From assembly GCA_964393745.1 (NCBI GenBank), contig CAYMVA010000032.1, positions 69,943-133,942 of the forward strand: DNA of 64,000 bases, in the 5' to 3' direction. This document shows positions 1 through 9,548 of this stretch, piece after piece. The position numbers and the translations under genes are program-made. Position 1 is the stretch's first letter. Each line of letters begins with the position of its first letter. The stretch comes from an uncultured Enterobacteriaceae bacterium (GTDB taxonomy: Bacteria > Pseudomonadota > Gammaproteobacteria > Burkholderiales > SG8-39). Under the pieces are notes generated by a model. The model was not told the origin of the DNA. It did no database searches and was given only the letters and a program-made list of their open reading frames with translations.

Positions 1-70
1 CCGCCAGCGCGGCCGCCAGCGCGCGGCTGCGCGGGAAGTCGCCCGAGAGCAGTGTCTCGAGCGCGCTCAC
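1..70 (-). CDS. ABC transporter permease (LivM-like), 5' end only; the gene runs off the window
   Basis: GTG at 70..68 overlaps the TGA of the upstream permease (GTGA). It reads VSALETLLSGDFPRSRALAAALA. It sits last in a liv-type operon. Confidence 0.45.
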   Translation of the reverse strand, partial: MSALETLLSGDFPRSRALAAALA

Positions 71-1098
71 TGCTTGCTCATCGGGTAAAGTCCCTGCGGC
101 CGCCACAGCAGCACCAGCACCATCAGCAGGATATTCGAGCCGAGCGCGATCTTGGGCGACAGATACCCGACGTAGTTGGCCACCAGCCCCACCAGCAGCG
201 CGCCCACGAAGCAACCGCCGACCGAGCCCAGGCCGCCGATGATGATGACGATGAAGATCAGCACCATCATTTGGCCGCCGATCGCCACCGTTACGTTCTC
301 CTGATACATGCCCCAGAGCGCGCCGCCAAGGCCGGCGAGCGCCGAGCCGGCAGCGAACACCGCCACGAACAGGCGCCGGATGCGGTAGCCCATCGCCTCG
401 ACCATCTCCTTGCTCTCCACGCCGGCGCGGATCAGCAGCCCGATCTTGGTGCGGTTGAGCAGCAGGATCATGGCGGCGAACACCGCCAGGCCCACGACCA
501 CCGCGATCAATCGGTATTTCTCGACCGCAACGTCGCCGAACAGGAACGAGCCGCGCAGCGTCGCCGGCCGCAGCAGCGGGATCAGGTCCGGCCCCCACAG
601 CACGTGGATCAGCTGCTCGGCGACGATCATGCCGCCGGTGGTGATCAGGATCTGCTTCAGGTGCTGGCCGTAGACCGGCCGGATGATGATGCGCTCGAAC
701 GCGAGCCCGAGCGCCCCGGCGGCCAGCGTCGCCGCCAGCACCGCCGGCACCAGCGCGTACAGGTTGACGAGGAAGCTGTCGGCGCCGGCGGGGCCGGCGA
801 GCAGCTTCATCACCGAGGCGGCGACGTAGGCGCCGATGGCGATGAAAAGGCCGTGCGCGAAATTCATCACGTCCATAAGGCCGAACACGAGTGTCAGGCC
901 CGAGGCCATGATGAAGATCAGCAGCCCCATGGCGAGGCCTGCCACGGTGAGCGTCACCCAGGTGGACGGGTTGCCGATGAGGAGCAGCGCGCCGAGCGCG
1001 ATCAGCGTCACCAGCGCGAGCGGGATGAGGTCCAGCCGCGCCTGCGGCAGCGCGTCGTCGGTGGAGGCAATGGCGGCTGACGCGGCGGCTGGCTTCAT
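67..1098 (-). CDS. Branched-chain amino acid-type ABC transporter permease (LivH-like)
   Basis: The start is the internal ATG at 1098 of ORF 67..1659, with an ATGA overlap onto the upstream ATPase stop. The 343-aa product is polytopic and hydrophobic (GLTLVFGLMDVMNFAHG). The part of the ORF upstream of 1098 is Arg-rich and out of context. Confidence 0.85.
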   Translation of the reverse strand: MKPAAASAAIASTDDALPQARLDLIPLALVTLIALGALLLIGNPSTWVTLTVAGLAMGLLIFIMASGLTLVFGLMDVMNFAHGLFIAIGAYVAASVMKLLAGPAGADSFLVNLYALVPAVLAATLAAGALGLAFERIIIRPVYGQHLKQILITTGGMIVAEQLIHVLWGPDLIPLLRPATLRGSFLFGDVAVEKYRLIAVVVGLAVFAAMILLLNRTKIGLLIRAGVESKEMVEAMGYRIRRLFVAVFAAGSALAGLGGALWGMYQENVTVAIGGQMMVLIFIVIIIGGLGSVGGCFVGALLVGLVANYVGYLSPKIALGSNILLMVLVLLWRPQGLYPMSKQ

Positions 1099-1832
1099 TG
1101 GTGCACTTCGAGCGACAGGCCGAGCAGTCGCGTCTGCAACTCCGCGTCGGCGGCGAGCTGCGCCATGGCGCCGGCGTGCACGATGCGGCCCGCGTCCATC
1201 ACCGCGACCGAGTCGCCAAGCGAGCGCGCGGCGTGGAAGTTCTGCTCCACCATCAGGATGGTGGTGTCGGTCTTCTTCAGCTCGGCGAACGCCTGGATCA
1301 GGCTGTTGATGATCGCCGGCGCGAGGCCCTTGGTCGGCTCGTCGATCAGCAGGAGCTTCCTCGGCTCGACGATGGCGCGCGAGATCGCGAGCATCTGCTT
1401 CTGGCCGCCGGAGAGCTGGCCCGCGGGCAGGAACCAGAACTTCTTCAGCGCCGGGAAGAAGCCGAAGATCCAGTCCAGGCGCGCGCCGTCGAGCGGCCCG
1501 CTGCGCGCCGCCAGCACCAGGTTCTCCTTCACCGTCAGCCCGGCGAAGATTCCCATCGACTCCGGAACGTAGGCGATGCCGCGCCCGGCGATCGCGGGCG
1601 TGGGCTGGCGCGCGATGTCGGCGCCGTCGAAGGCGATCGCGCCCGAGGACGCCTGCCACAGGCCCATGATGGTGCGCAGCGTGGTGGTCTTGCCGGCGCC
1701 GTTGCGGCCGAGCAGCATGGTGAGACCGCCGCGCGGCACCGCGAAATCCACGCCCTGCAGGATGTGGTAGTGCCCGATGTGCGTATGCACACCGCGCAGG
1801 GAGAGCAGCGGCGCGCGCGGGTCTTCAGGCAT
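1095..1832 (-). CDS. ABC transporter ATP-binding protein (LivF-like)
   Basis: Walker A GRNGAGKTT, ABC signature LSGGQKQ and Walker B LLLIDEP are present. Confidence 0.9.
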   Translation of the reverse strand: MPEDPRAPLLSLRGVHTHIGHYHILQGVDFAVPRGGLTMLLGRNGAGKTTTLRTIMGLWQASSGAIAFDGADIARQPTPAIAGRGIAYVPESMGIFAGLTVKENLVLAARSGPLDGARLDWIFGFFPALKKFWFLPAGQLSGGQKQMLAISRAIVEPRKLLLIDEPTKGLAPAIINSLIQAFAELKKTDTTILMVEQNFHAARSLGDSVAVMDAGRIVHAGAMAQLAADAELQTRLLGLSLEVHQ

Positions 1833-2649
1833 CGGCGCTCACGCCCAGATAGGCTTCCTGCACGATCGGCGAGGCGATCACTTCGGCCGGTGGGCCATCG
1901 GCGACCAGCTCGCCTTGGTGCAGCACGATGATGCGGTCTGCGAGCGAGCGCACCACGTCCATCTTGTGCTCCACCAGCAGGATGGTCTTGTCCTTCTGGT
2001 TCTTGATCTCGTGCACCAGCTCGAGGATCACCGGCACCTCGTCCACGCTCATGCCTGCGGTCGGCTCGTCGAACATGAAGATGTTGGGCTCCAGCGCGAG
2101 CAGGATCGCGACCTCGAGCTTGCGCTGGTCGCCGTGCGGCAGCTCGGAGGCAAGCATAGTGCGCCGCTCGGCGAGCGCCACGCGCTCGAGGTAATGCTCG
2201 GCGCGCTCGATCAGCTCGCGGTGCCGGCTCCACATGGAATACAGATTGAGCCCCGTGCCGGCGCGTGCCTGCACTGCGAGCCGCACGTTCTCCAGCACCG
2301 TGAGGAACGGGAACAGGTTGGTGAGCTGAAACGCGCGCCCCATCCCTTTGCGCGTGCGCACTGGGGCGCTCGCCGTGGTCACGTCCTCGCCGTAGAGCAG
2401 CACCTGCCCGGCGCTCGCCGGCAGCTGCCCCGAGATGAGGTTGAAATAGGTGGTCTTGCCGGCGCCGTTGGGGCCGACGATCGCGGTGAGCGTGCCCAGA
2501 TGGAAGGCGCAGCTCACGGCGTTGACCGCGACGTGACCGCCGAAGCGGATCGTCAGCCCACGCGTCTCCAGGACCGGGTGTCCGCCCGCAATCGGCATGG
2601 GTTCGTCGTTGCCGTCGGATGAACGCCAGCGCCATGCTGTGCGTTCCAT
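1825..2649 (-). CDS. ABC transporter ATP-binding protein (LivG-like)
   Basis: Walker A GPNGAGKTT and Walker B FMFDEPTAGMS are present. The true start may be the ATG at 2598 (MPIAGGHPVLETRGL). Confidence 0.9.
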   Translation of the reverse strand: MERTAWRWRSSDGNDEPMPIAGGHPVLETRGLTIRFGGHVAVNAVSCAFHLGTLTAIVGPNGAGKTTYFNLISGQLPASAGQVLLYGEDVTTASAPVRTRKGMGRAFQLTNLFPFLTVLENVRLAVQARAGTGLNLYSMWSRHRELIERAEHYLERVALAERRTMLASELPHGDQRKLEVAILLALEPNIFMFDEPTAGMSVDEVPVILELVHEIKNQKDKTILLVEHKMDVVRSLADRIIVLHQGELVADGPPAEVIASPIVQEAYLGVSADA

Positions 2650-2683
2650 CCGGCGGAGTTAAGGCGGCGCTTTGCGTCCGCCC

Positions 2684-3874
2684 TTAACGCGGCTTATTGC
2701 GGACCGGAACCGGAATCTCGCCGGCCTTGATCTCGCGCACCAGCTCGAGCAGATCCCACTCGTCGGCCTGCGTTTTCTTGATGCGGAACTGGTACATCGC
2801 CTGCATCGCCTGGTGGTCTTCCTTGCGGAAGGTCATGGTGCCCTTGGGGGTCTCGAAGCTCATCCCGGCCATGGCCGCGATCAACTTCTCGGTGTCGGTG
2901 CCGCCGGCCTTCTTGATCGCCTCGACGACGGCGATGCCGGCCGACATGCCGCCGGCGACGAAGAAATCGGGCGGCGCGCCGGCGAAGCGCTTCTTGTACT
3001 CGCTGACCATCCAGTCGTTGACCTTGTTCTTCGGGAAGTCGTGGTAGTAGTAGATCGCGCCCTCGATGCCGGCGAACTGCTTCCAGGTCTTCATCACCGG
3101 CAGTATGTTGCCGCCCGGGGCGAGCGCGATGTTGAAGCGCTCGGGCTTGAGGTCGGCGATCTTGGCGAGCGGGTGCGGGCCGGCCCAGATGATGCCGATG
3201 ACACGCGAGCCGGGCTTGTCCTTGAGAGCGTCGAACATGCGCTGCGCCGGCGCCGTGAAATCGGTGGTCGCCTGCGGCACGTACTCCTCGTGCACCACCC
3301 TGGCCTTGCTGCCGACCGCGGCGAGCGCGTCCTTGAGCGCCTTGACACCGTCGCGCCCGAACGCGTAGTCCTGCGCCAGCATCGCGATCTGCGCATCCTG
3401 CGGCGTCGCCACCGCGGCCGCGATCGCATCCTGCGACGAGCTGCGCCCGGTGCGGAACACGTAGCGGTTCCAGCGCTCGCCGGTGATCGAGTCGGCGACC
3501 GCCGGCTCGACCAGCAGGATTTTCTTGTACTCCTCCGCAACCGGCAGCATCGCCAGCGCCGAGGCCGACGAGGTCGGGCCGATGGCGAGGTCCACCTTGT
3601 CGTCCCCGTACGCAGCCGCGAGCGCCGACTTCGCGATGTCGGGCTTGAGCTGGTCGTCCTTCTCGATGACGACGATTTTGCGGCCGAGCACTTGCATGGT
3701 GCCGCCGGTGGCGTATTCCAGGCCCATCGTCAGGCCGGCTTGTGTCTGCTTGGCGTAGGCCTCGAACGGCCCGGTCTTGCCGTAGATGTGCGCGATCTTG
3801 ATGTCCTGCGCGAGCGCCAGACTGCCGGCGGCGGCGAATGCGGCGGCGGCGAGCCAATGGGTGATGCGTTTCAT
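2684..3874 (-). CDS. Periplasmic substrate-binding protein of the Leu/Ile/Val (LivK/amide) family
   Basis: Signal peptide MKRITHWLAAAAFAAAGSLALA. The product is 396 aa. It is the first gene of the ABC operon. Confidence 0.85.
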   Translation of the reverse strand: MKRITHWLAAAAFAAAGSLALAQDIKIAHIYGKTGPFEAYAKQTQAGLTMGLEYATGGTMQVLGRKIVVIEKDDQLKPDIAKSALAAAYGDDKVDLAIGPTSSASALAMLPVAEEYKKILLVEPAVADSITGERWNRYVFRTGRSSSQDAIAAAVATPQDAQIAMLAQDYAFGRDGVKALKDALAAVGSKARVVHEEYVPQATTDFTAPAQRMFDALKDKPGSRVIGIIWAGPHPLAKIADLKPERFNIALAPGGNILPVMKTWKQFAGIEGAIYYYHDFPKNKVNDWMVSEYKKRFAGAPPDFFVAGGMSAGIAVVEAIKKAGGTDTEKLIAAMAGMSFETPKGTMTFRKEDHQAMQAMYQFRIKKTQADEWDLLELVREIKAGEIPVPVRNKPR

Positions 3875-3993
3875 GCGTCCTCCGGAGGGGTGATTGCAGG
3901 TCTGCTATGGTTGTGCCCGATTGTCCGACATTCGGACGGGCCGCGCCAGAGGCGGCAATTCGCGTGCCGGCGCTTTCGGCCGGCGCCCTACGG

Positions 3994-5160
<1,167 letters not shown>

Positions 5161-5256
5161 GGCGGCCGGTAATCTAACACCGGGCAGCCGCCTGCCCGGT
5201 AGCAGAGCGGATTCTCAGTTTTCATCATTTGTTTCAAGCAGTTACAGGTGAAAACA

Positions 5257-5285
5257 TGGACATTGCCGCGCTGCATCGGTAAAAT
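5257..5285 (+). promoter_or_regulatory. Candidate sigma70 promoter for petABC
   Basis: -35 TGGACA (5257..5262), a 17-nt spacer, then -10 TAAAAT (5280..5285), about 40 nt upstream of the petA ATG. Confidence 0.35.
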
Positions 5286-5325
5286 CGCGTTTCTTTTTTT
5301 GCCGGCTCGGCCGAAAAACTTCCCC

Positions 5326-5916
5326 ATGAGCGAAAACAAGATGGATCCGACGCGCCGCAACCTGATCGTCGCGACTGCAGCCGCCGGCGGCGCCGCCAGT
5401 CTGGGCGCCGCGGTGCCATTCGTATGGAGCATGTGGCCCTCGGAGCGCGCCAAGGCGGCCGGCGCGCCGGTCGAAGTGGACATCTCCGGGATGGCGCCGG
5501 GCGAGTTGAAGATCGTCGAGTGGCGCGGCAAGCCAGTGTGGGTGATCCGGCGCACCAAGGAAATGCTCGACACGCTCAAGGCGGTCACCGCCAAGCTCAC
5601 CGACCCGAGCTCACGCGCCTCGGAGCAGCCCGAGTTCGCGAAGAATGAAGCGCGCGCGCTCAAGCCCGAGTTCATGGTCATGGAGGGCGTGTGCACCCAC
5701 CTCGGCTGCTCGCCGCAGCTCAAGGGCGCGGAGGCGAAGGCGGAAATGGGCGCCGACTGGGGCGGCGGCTTTTACTGCCCGTGCCACGGCTCGAAGTTCG
5801 ATTACGCGGGGCGCGTATTCAAGGGCGCGCCGGCGCCGCTCAACCTGCCGGTGCCGCCGCACGTCTACCTGTCCGACGCTACGCTGGTCATCGGCGAAGA
5901 AAAGAAAGGGGCCTGA
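5326..5916 (+). CDS. petA: Ubiquinol-cytochrome c reductase Rieske iron-sulfur subunit
   Basis: Twin-arginine motif TRRNLI and Rieske boxes CTHLGC and CPCHGS are present. The start is the internal ATG of ORF 5248..5916. Confidence 0.93.
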   Translation: MSENKMDPTRRNLIVATAAAGGAASLGAAVPFVWSMWPSERAKAAGAPVEVDISGMAPGELKIVEWRGKPVWVIRRTKEMLDTLKAVTAKLTDPSSRASEQPEFAKNEARALKPEFMVMEGVCTHLGCSPQLKGAEAKAEMGADWGGGFYCPCHGSKFDYAGRVFKGAPAPLNLPVPPHVYLSDATLVIGEEKKGA

Positions 5917-5919
5917 GCC

Positions 5920-7203
5920 ATGGTCAGCCGCTTGACCGCGCTGTGGGACTGGTTCGATTCGCGCATGCCCTCGGTCGCCGAGGAGTGGCGCAAGCACGCC
6001 GCCGAATACTACGCGCCGAAGAACTTCAACTTCTGGTACTACTTCGGCTCGCTCGCGCTGCTGGTGCTGGTGATCCAGATCGTGTCGGGCATTTTCCTGA
6101 CCATGTACTACAAGCCCGACGCCGGGCTTGCTTTCGGCTCGGTCGAGTACATCATGCGCGATGTCCCCGGCGGCTGGCTGATTCGCTACATCCACTCGAC
6201 CGGCTCCTCGGCGTTCTTCATCGTCGTCTACCTGCACATGTTCCGCGCCATGCTGTACGGCTCCTACCGCGAGCCGCGCGAGCTGATCTGGATCTTCGGC
6301 GTGCTCATCTACCTGACGCTCATGGGCGAGGCGTTCTTCGGCTACCTGCTGCCGTGGGGCCAGATGTCCTACTGGGGTGCGCAGGTGATCGTCAACCTGT
6401 TCGCCGTGGTGCCGTTCATCGGGCCGGATCTCGCGCTCTGGATCCGCGGCGACTACGTGGTGTCGGACGCGACCCTGAACCGCTTCTTCGCACTGCACGT
6501 GATCGCGCTGCCGCTGGCGCTGCTCGGGCTGGTGGTGGCGCACCTGATGGCGCTGCACGACGTCGGTTCCAACAACCCCGACGGCATCGAGATCAAGAAG
6601 AAAAAGGGTGCCGACGGCAAGCCGCTGGACGGCATCCCGTTCCACCCCTACTACACGGTGAAGGACATCGTCGGCACGGTGGTGTTCCTCGCCATTTTCT
6701 GCGTCGTCATATTCTTCGTGCCCGAGATGGGCGGCTACTTCCTCGAGTACAACAACTTCATTCCGGCCGATCCGCTCCAGACCCCGGCGCACATCGCCCC
6801 GGTGTGGTACTTCACCCCGTACTACACCATCCTGCGGGCGGTGCCGCCGTTATTCAGCTCGCAGTTCCCGGGCGTGCTGGCGATGGGGTTGGCGGTGCTG
6901 GTGCTGTTCTTCCTGCCGTGGCTCGACCGTGGCGCGGCCAGGTCGATCCGCTACCGCGGCGCGTACTACAAGAGCGCGCTCGCGATCTTCGTGGTCGCGT
7001 TCCTGATGCTCGGCTACCTCGGCACCGAGCCGACCACGGTCTGGGGGCAGTTCGGCTTCGACGCCTTCTTTCTCGACACCAAGGAAATCGCCACTTGGGT
7101 GGGGCGCCTGGGGACGGTGGTCTATTTCCTGTTCTTCATCCTGATGCCTTGGTACACGGCGAAGGACAAGTGCCTGCCCGAGCCCGAGCGGGTAACCCTG
7201 TGA
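5920..7203 (+). CDS. petB: Cytochrome b subunit of the bc1 complex
   Basis: 427-aa polytopic protein with typical cytochrome b sequence (YIMRDVPGGWLIRYIHSTGSS). It lies directly after petA. Confidence 0.95.
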   Translation: MVSRLTALWDWFDSRMPSVAEEWRKHAAEYYAPKNFNFWYYFGSLALLVLVIQIVSGIFLTMYYKPDAGLAFGSVEYIMRDVPGGWLIRYIHSTGSSAFFIVVYLHMFRAMLYGSYREPRELIWIFGVLIYLTLMGEAFFGYLLPWGQMSYWGAQVIVNLFAVVPFIGPDLALWIRGDYVVSDATLNRFFALHVIALPLALLGLVVAHLMALHDVGSNNPDGIEIKKKKGADGKPLDGIPFHPYYTVKDIVGTVVFLAIFCVVIFFVPEMGGYFLEYNNFIPADPLQTPAHIAPVWYFTPYYTILRAVPPLFSSQFPGVLAMGLAVLVLFFLPWLDRGAARSIRYRGAYYKSALAIFVVAFLMLGYLGTEPTTVWGQFGFDAFFLDTKEIATWVGRLGTVVYFLFFILMPWYTAKDKCLPEPERVTL

Positions 7204-7220
7204 GGCGGGGAGCGAACCGG

Positions 7221-7916
7221 ATGAGAAAACTGATCCTGCTGGCGCTCGTCGCCCCGCTGCTCGCGTGGGGCGCTGAAACCGGCTACCGCCTGGAGCGTGC
7301 GCCGATCCACCCGCGCGACCTGGCGAGCCTGCAATCGGGCGCGCGCCTGTTCGTCAACTACTGCCTCAACTGCCACGGCGCGCAGTTCATGCGCTACAAC
7401 CGGCTCACCGACCTCGGCCTCACCGAGGCGCAGATTCGCGACAACCTGATCCTCACCAGCGACAAAGTCGGCGACACCATGAAGGTGGTGCAGTCGGCCA
7501 AGGACGGCAAGAACTGGTTCGGCGTCGCGCCGCCCGACCTGACGGTGATCGGCCGCTCGCGCGGCGCCGACTGGCTCTACACCTACCTGCGCACCTTCTA
7601 CCGCGACCCCAAGACCGCCACCGGCTGGAACAACGCCGTGTTCCCGCAGGTGGCGATGCCGCACGCGCTCTGGAGCATGCAGGGCGAGCGCGCCTGGGAC
7701 GCGGACAAGAAGGTCTGGACCCAGCTCAGCCCGGGCACGCACGGCACGGTGCAGTACGACGCCGCGGTGCGCGACCTGGTGAATTTCCTGGTCTACATGG
7801 GTGAGCCGAATGCCGTCGATCGCAAGATCATCGGCATCGTGGTGCTGATCGTGCTCGGCCTGCTGTTCCTGCTCGCCTATGCGCTGAAGAAGGAATACTG
7901 GCGCGACGTGAAGTAG
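7221..7916 (+). CDS. petC: Cytochrome c1
   Basis: Signal peptide, haem-binding CLNCH and a C-terminal TM anchor. It is the last 231 codons of the long ORF 5691..7916. Confidence 0.9.
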   Translation: MRKLILLALVAPLLAWGAETGYRLERAPIHPRDLASLQSGARLFVNYCLNCHGAQFMRYNRLTDLGLTEAQIRDNLILTSDKVGDTMKVVQSAKDGKNWFGVAPPDLTVIGRSRGADWLYTYLRTFYRDPKTATGWNNAVFPQVAMPHALWSMQGERAWDADKKVWTQLSPGTHGTVQYDAAVRDLVNFLVYMGEPNAVDRKIIGIVVLIVLGLLFLLAYALKKEYWRDVK

Positions 7917-7939
7917 GCCGCTCGCCCAAAGTTCCGGGA

Positions 7940-7966
7940 AAGCCGGGCGCCGCCCGGCTTTTTTCT
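7940..7966 (+). terminator. Rho-independent terminator after petC
   Basis: GC-rich inverted repeat aagccgggcg/cgcccggctt followed by a T-run. Confidence 0.6.
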
Positions 7967-7985
7967 CTGTCAAGGACCGCGCAAC

Positions 7986-8585
7986 ATGATGCAACTGTAT
8001 TCTGGCACTACCTGCCCGTTCAGCCACCGCTGCCGCTTCGTGCTGTACGAGAAGGGCATGGACTTCCAGGTGATCGACGTCGACATGTACAACAAGCCGG
8101 AAGACATCGCGGTGATGAACCCGTACAACCGGCTGCCGGTGCTGGTCGAGCGCGACCTGATCCTGTACGAGTCCAACATCATCAACGAGTACATCGACGA
8201 GCGCTTCCCGCACCCGCAGCTGATGCCGGCCGATCCGGTGATGCGGGCGCGCGCCCGCCTGATGCTGTTCAACATGGAGGTGGAGCTGTTCTCGCAGATC
8301 GACGCGCTCGAGTCGGGCAAGGAGAAACAGGAAGAGCGCGCCCGGGGGCAGGTGGCGGACCGCCTGGTCGAGCTGGCGCCGCTGTTCACCCGGACCAAGC
8401 ACATGCTGGGCGACGAGTTCACCATGCTCGATGTCGCCATAGCGCCGCTGCTGTGGCGCCTGGACCGCTACGGCATCAAGCTCGGCAAGCCGGCGGCGCC
8501 GCTGATGAAGTACGCCGAGCGCATTTTCTCCCGTCCGGCGTTCATCGAGGCGCTCACGCCCTCGGAAAAGGTGATGCGCAGGTAG
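7986..8585 (+). CDS. sspA: Stringent starvation protein A (GST-like)
   Basis: MMQLYSGTTCPFSHRCRFVLYEKGMDF...NPYNRLPVLVERDLILYESNIINEYIDERFPHP. The downstream partner is sspB. Confidence 0.9.
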   Translation: MMQLYSGTTCPFSHRCRFVLYEKGMDFQVIDVDMYNKPEDIAVMNPYNRLPVLVERDLILYESNIINEYIDERFPHPQLMPADPVMRARARLMLFNMEVELFSQIDALESGKEKQEERARGQVADRLVELAPLFTRTKHMLGDEFTMLDVAIAPLLWRLDRYGIKLGKPAAPLMKYAERIFSRPAFIEALTPSEKVMRR

Positions 8586-8592
8586 TCCCAAA

Positions 8593-9057
8593 ATGTCGGC
8601 CGAGATCCCGACCAAGCCGTACCTGCTGCGCGCGCTCTACGAGTGGTGCGTGGACAACGGCTATACGCCGCACCTGGCGGTGACGGTGGACGCGCGCGCC
8701 CAGGTGCCGGTGGAGTACGTGAAGAACGGCGAGATCACGCTCAATGTCGCGCCGAGCGCGGTGCACAAGCTGCAGCTGGGCAACGAACTGATCGAATTCT
8801 CGGCGCGCTTCGCCGGCGTCGCGCGACAGATCTCGGTGCCCGTTTCGAGCGTCTACGCGCTGTATGCGCGCGAAACCGGGCACGGCATGACCTTCGACCT
8901 CGACTCCGCCAAGCCGGCGCTGCAGACGAAGGCCGAGGGCGAGCCCGCCATGCCGGCGGTCAGGGATGCTTCGCTCCCGGCGCTGCTGCCGCCGGCAGCG
9001 CCGGCCGAGCCGACCAAGCCCTCGGGCGGCAAGCCCCGGCTGCGCCGGATAAAGTAA
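8593..9057 (+). CDS. sspB: Stringent starvation protein B (ClpXP adaptor)
   Basis: N-terminal KPYLLRALYEWCVDNGYTPHL, followed by a C-terminal disordered tail ending in a short basic tag. Confidence 0.88.
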   Translation: MSAEIPTKPYLLRALYEWCVDNGYTPHLAVTVDARAQVPVEYVKNGEITLNVAPSAVHKLQLGNELIEFSARFAGVARQISVPVSSVYALYARETGHGMTFDLDSAKPALQTKAEGEPAMPAVRDASLPALLPPAAPAEPTKPSGGKPRLRRIK

Positions 9058-9070
9058 CATCCCCGGCCGG

Positions 9071-9145
9071 GCCGGCTTAGCTCAGTGGTAGAGCACCCGC
9101 CTTGTAAGCGGAAGGTCCTCCGTTCAATCCGGAGAGCCGGCACCA
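9071..9145 (+). tRNA. tRNA-Thr (anticodon UGU)
   Basis: Cloverleaf by eye: acceptor gccggct/agccggc, D-arm gctc-agtggta-gagc, anticodon loop cttgtaa, T-arm ctccg-ttcaatc-cggag, encoded CCA. Confidence 0.9.
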
Positions 9146-9150
9146 GGAAC

Positions 9151-9183
9151 GAAAAAGCCCGCCGAGGCGGGCTTTTCGTTTTT
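9151..9183. terminator. Bidirectional terminator hairpin between tRNA-Thr and cspA
   Basis: Stem gcccgcc/ggcgggc, with an A-run on the left and a T-run on the right. Confidence 0.6.
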
Positions 9184-9193
9184 GCGGCGCTGC

Positions 9194-9397
9194 CTAGACC
9201 GGCTTGATGTTCGCCGCCTGCATGCCCTTGGGGCCCTGCTTGGCTTCGAACTCGACCTTCTGGCCTTCTTTGAGCGTTTTGAAGCCGCTCATCTCGATCG
9301 CGCTGTGATGCGCGAACAGGTCCTCGCCGCCGCCATCGGGCTTGATGAAGCCGAAGCCCTTGGAGTCGTTGAACCACTTCACGGTACCGGTTGCCAT
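9194..9397 (-). CDS. cspA: Cold-shock protein, CspA family
   Basis: 67 aa, [23 protein letters not shown] (RNP1 KGFGFI). A leader and promoter region of about 150 nt fills 9398..9548. Confidence 0.93.
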   Translation of the reverse strand: MATGTVKWFNDSKGFGFIKPDGGGEDLFAHHSAIEMSGFKTLKEGQKVEFEAKQGPKGMQAANIKPV

Positions 9398-9548
9398 GTT
9401 TACTGCCTTTCCTGAATTGCCGCGACGAATCCGGGCGCGACTGAGCCGGGCACGAAGATCAAGAAAGGGAACGGACTTCCACTAGGAACGCCACTTGCGC
9501 GGCGATAAGGGTGTGCGAATTCACTGCTTGAATATCCTGCGGCCTGGA

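Noticed and set aside
52-1080. 342-aa plus-strand ORF opposite the LivH-like permease. Similar long antisense ORFs occur at 1098..1931, 2672..4054, 5611..6792, 7122..8615, 14932..16956, 24933..26642, 46132..48126 and 59383..61059.
   Set aside because: Their translations are Arg/His/Asp/Gly-rich and low in complexity with no recognisable motifs. Each lies opposite a gene with clear family signatures, which is the typical open-frame artefact of high-GC DNA.
5691-7916. 741-aa ORF that could be read as a giant fusion protein.
   Set aside because: Only the last 231 codons (cytochrome c1, from the ATG at 7221) make sense. The upstream part is the out-of-frame shadow of petA and petB.
9058-9200. 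tRNA-Thr as an integration hotspot for a genomic island or prophage.
   Set aside because: There is no integrase, no duplicated tRNA 3' end and no compositional break next to it. cspA and housekeeping-type genes follow directly.
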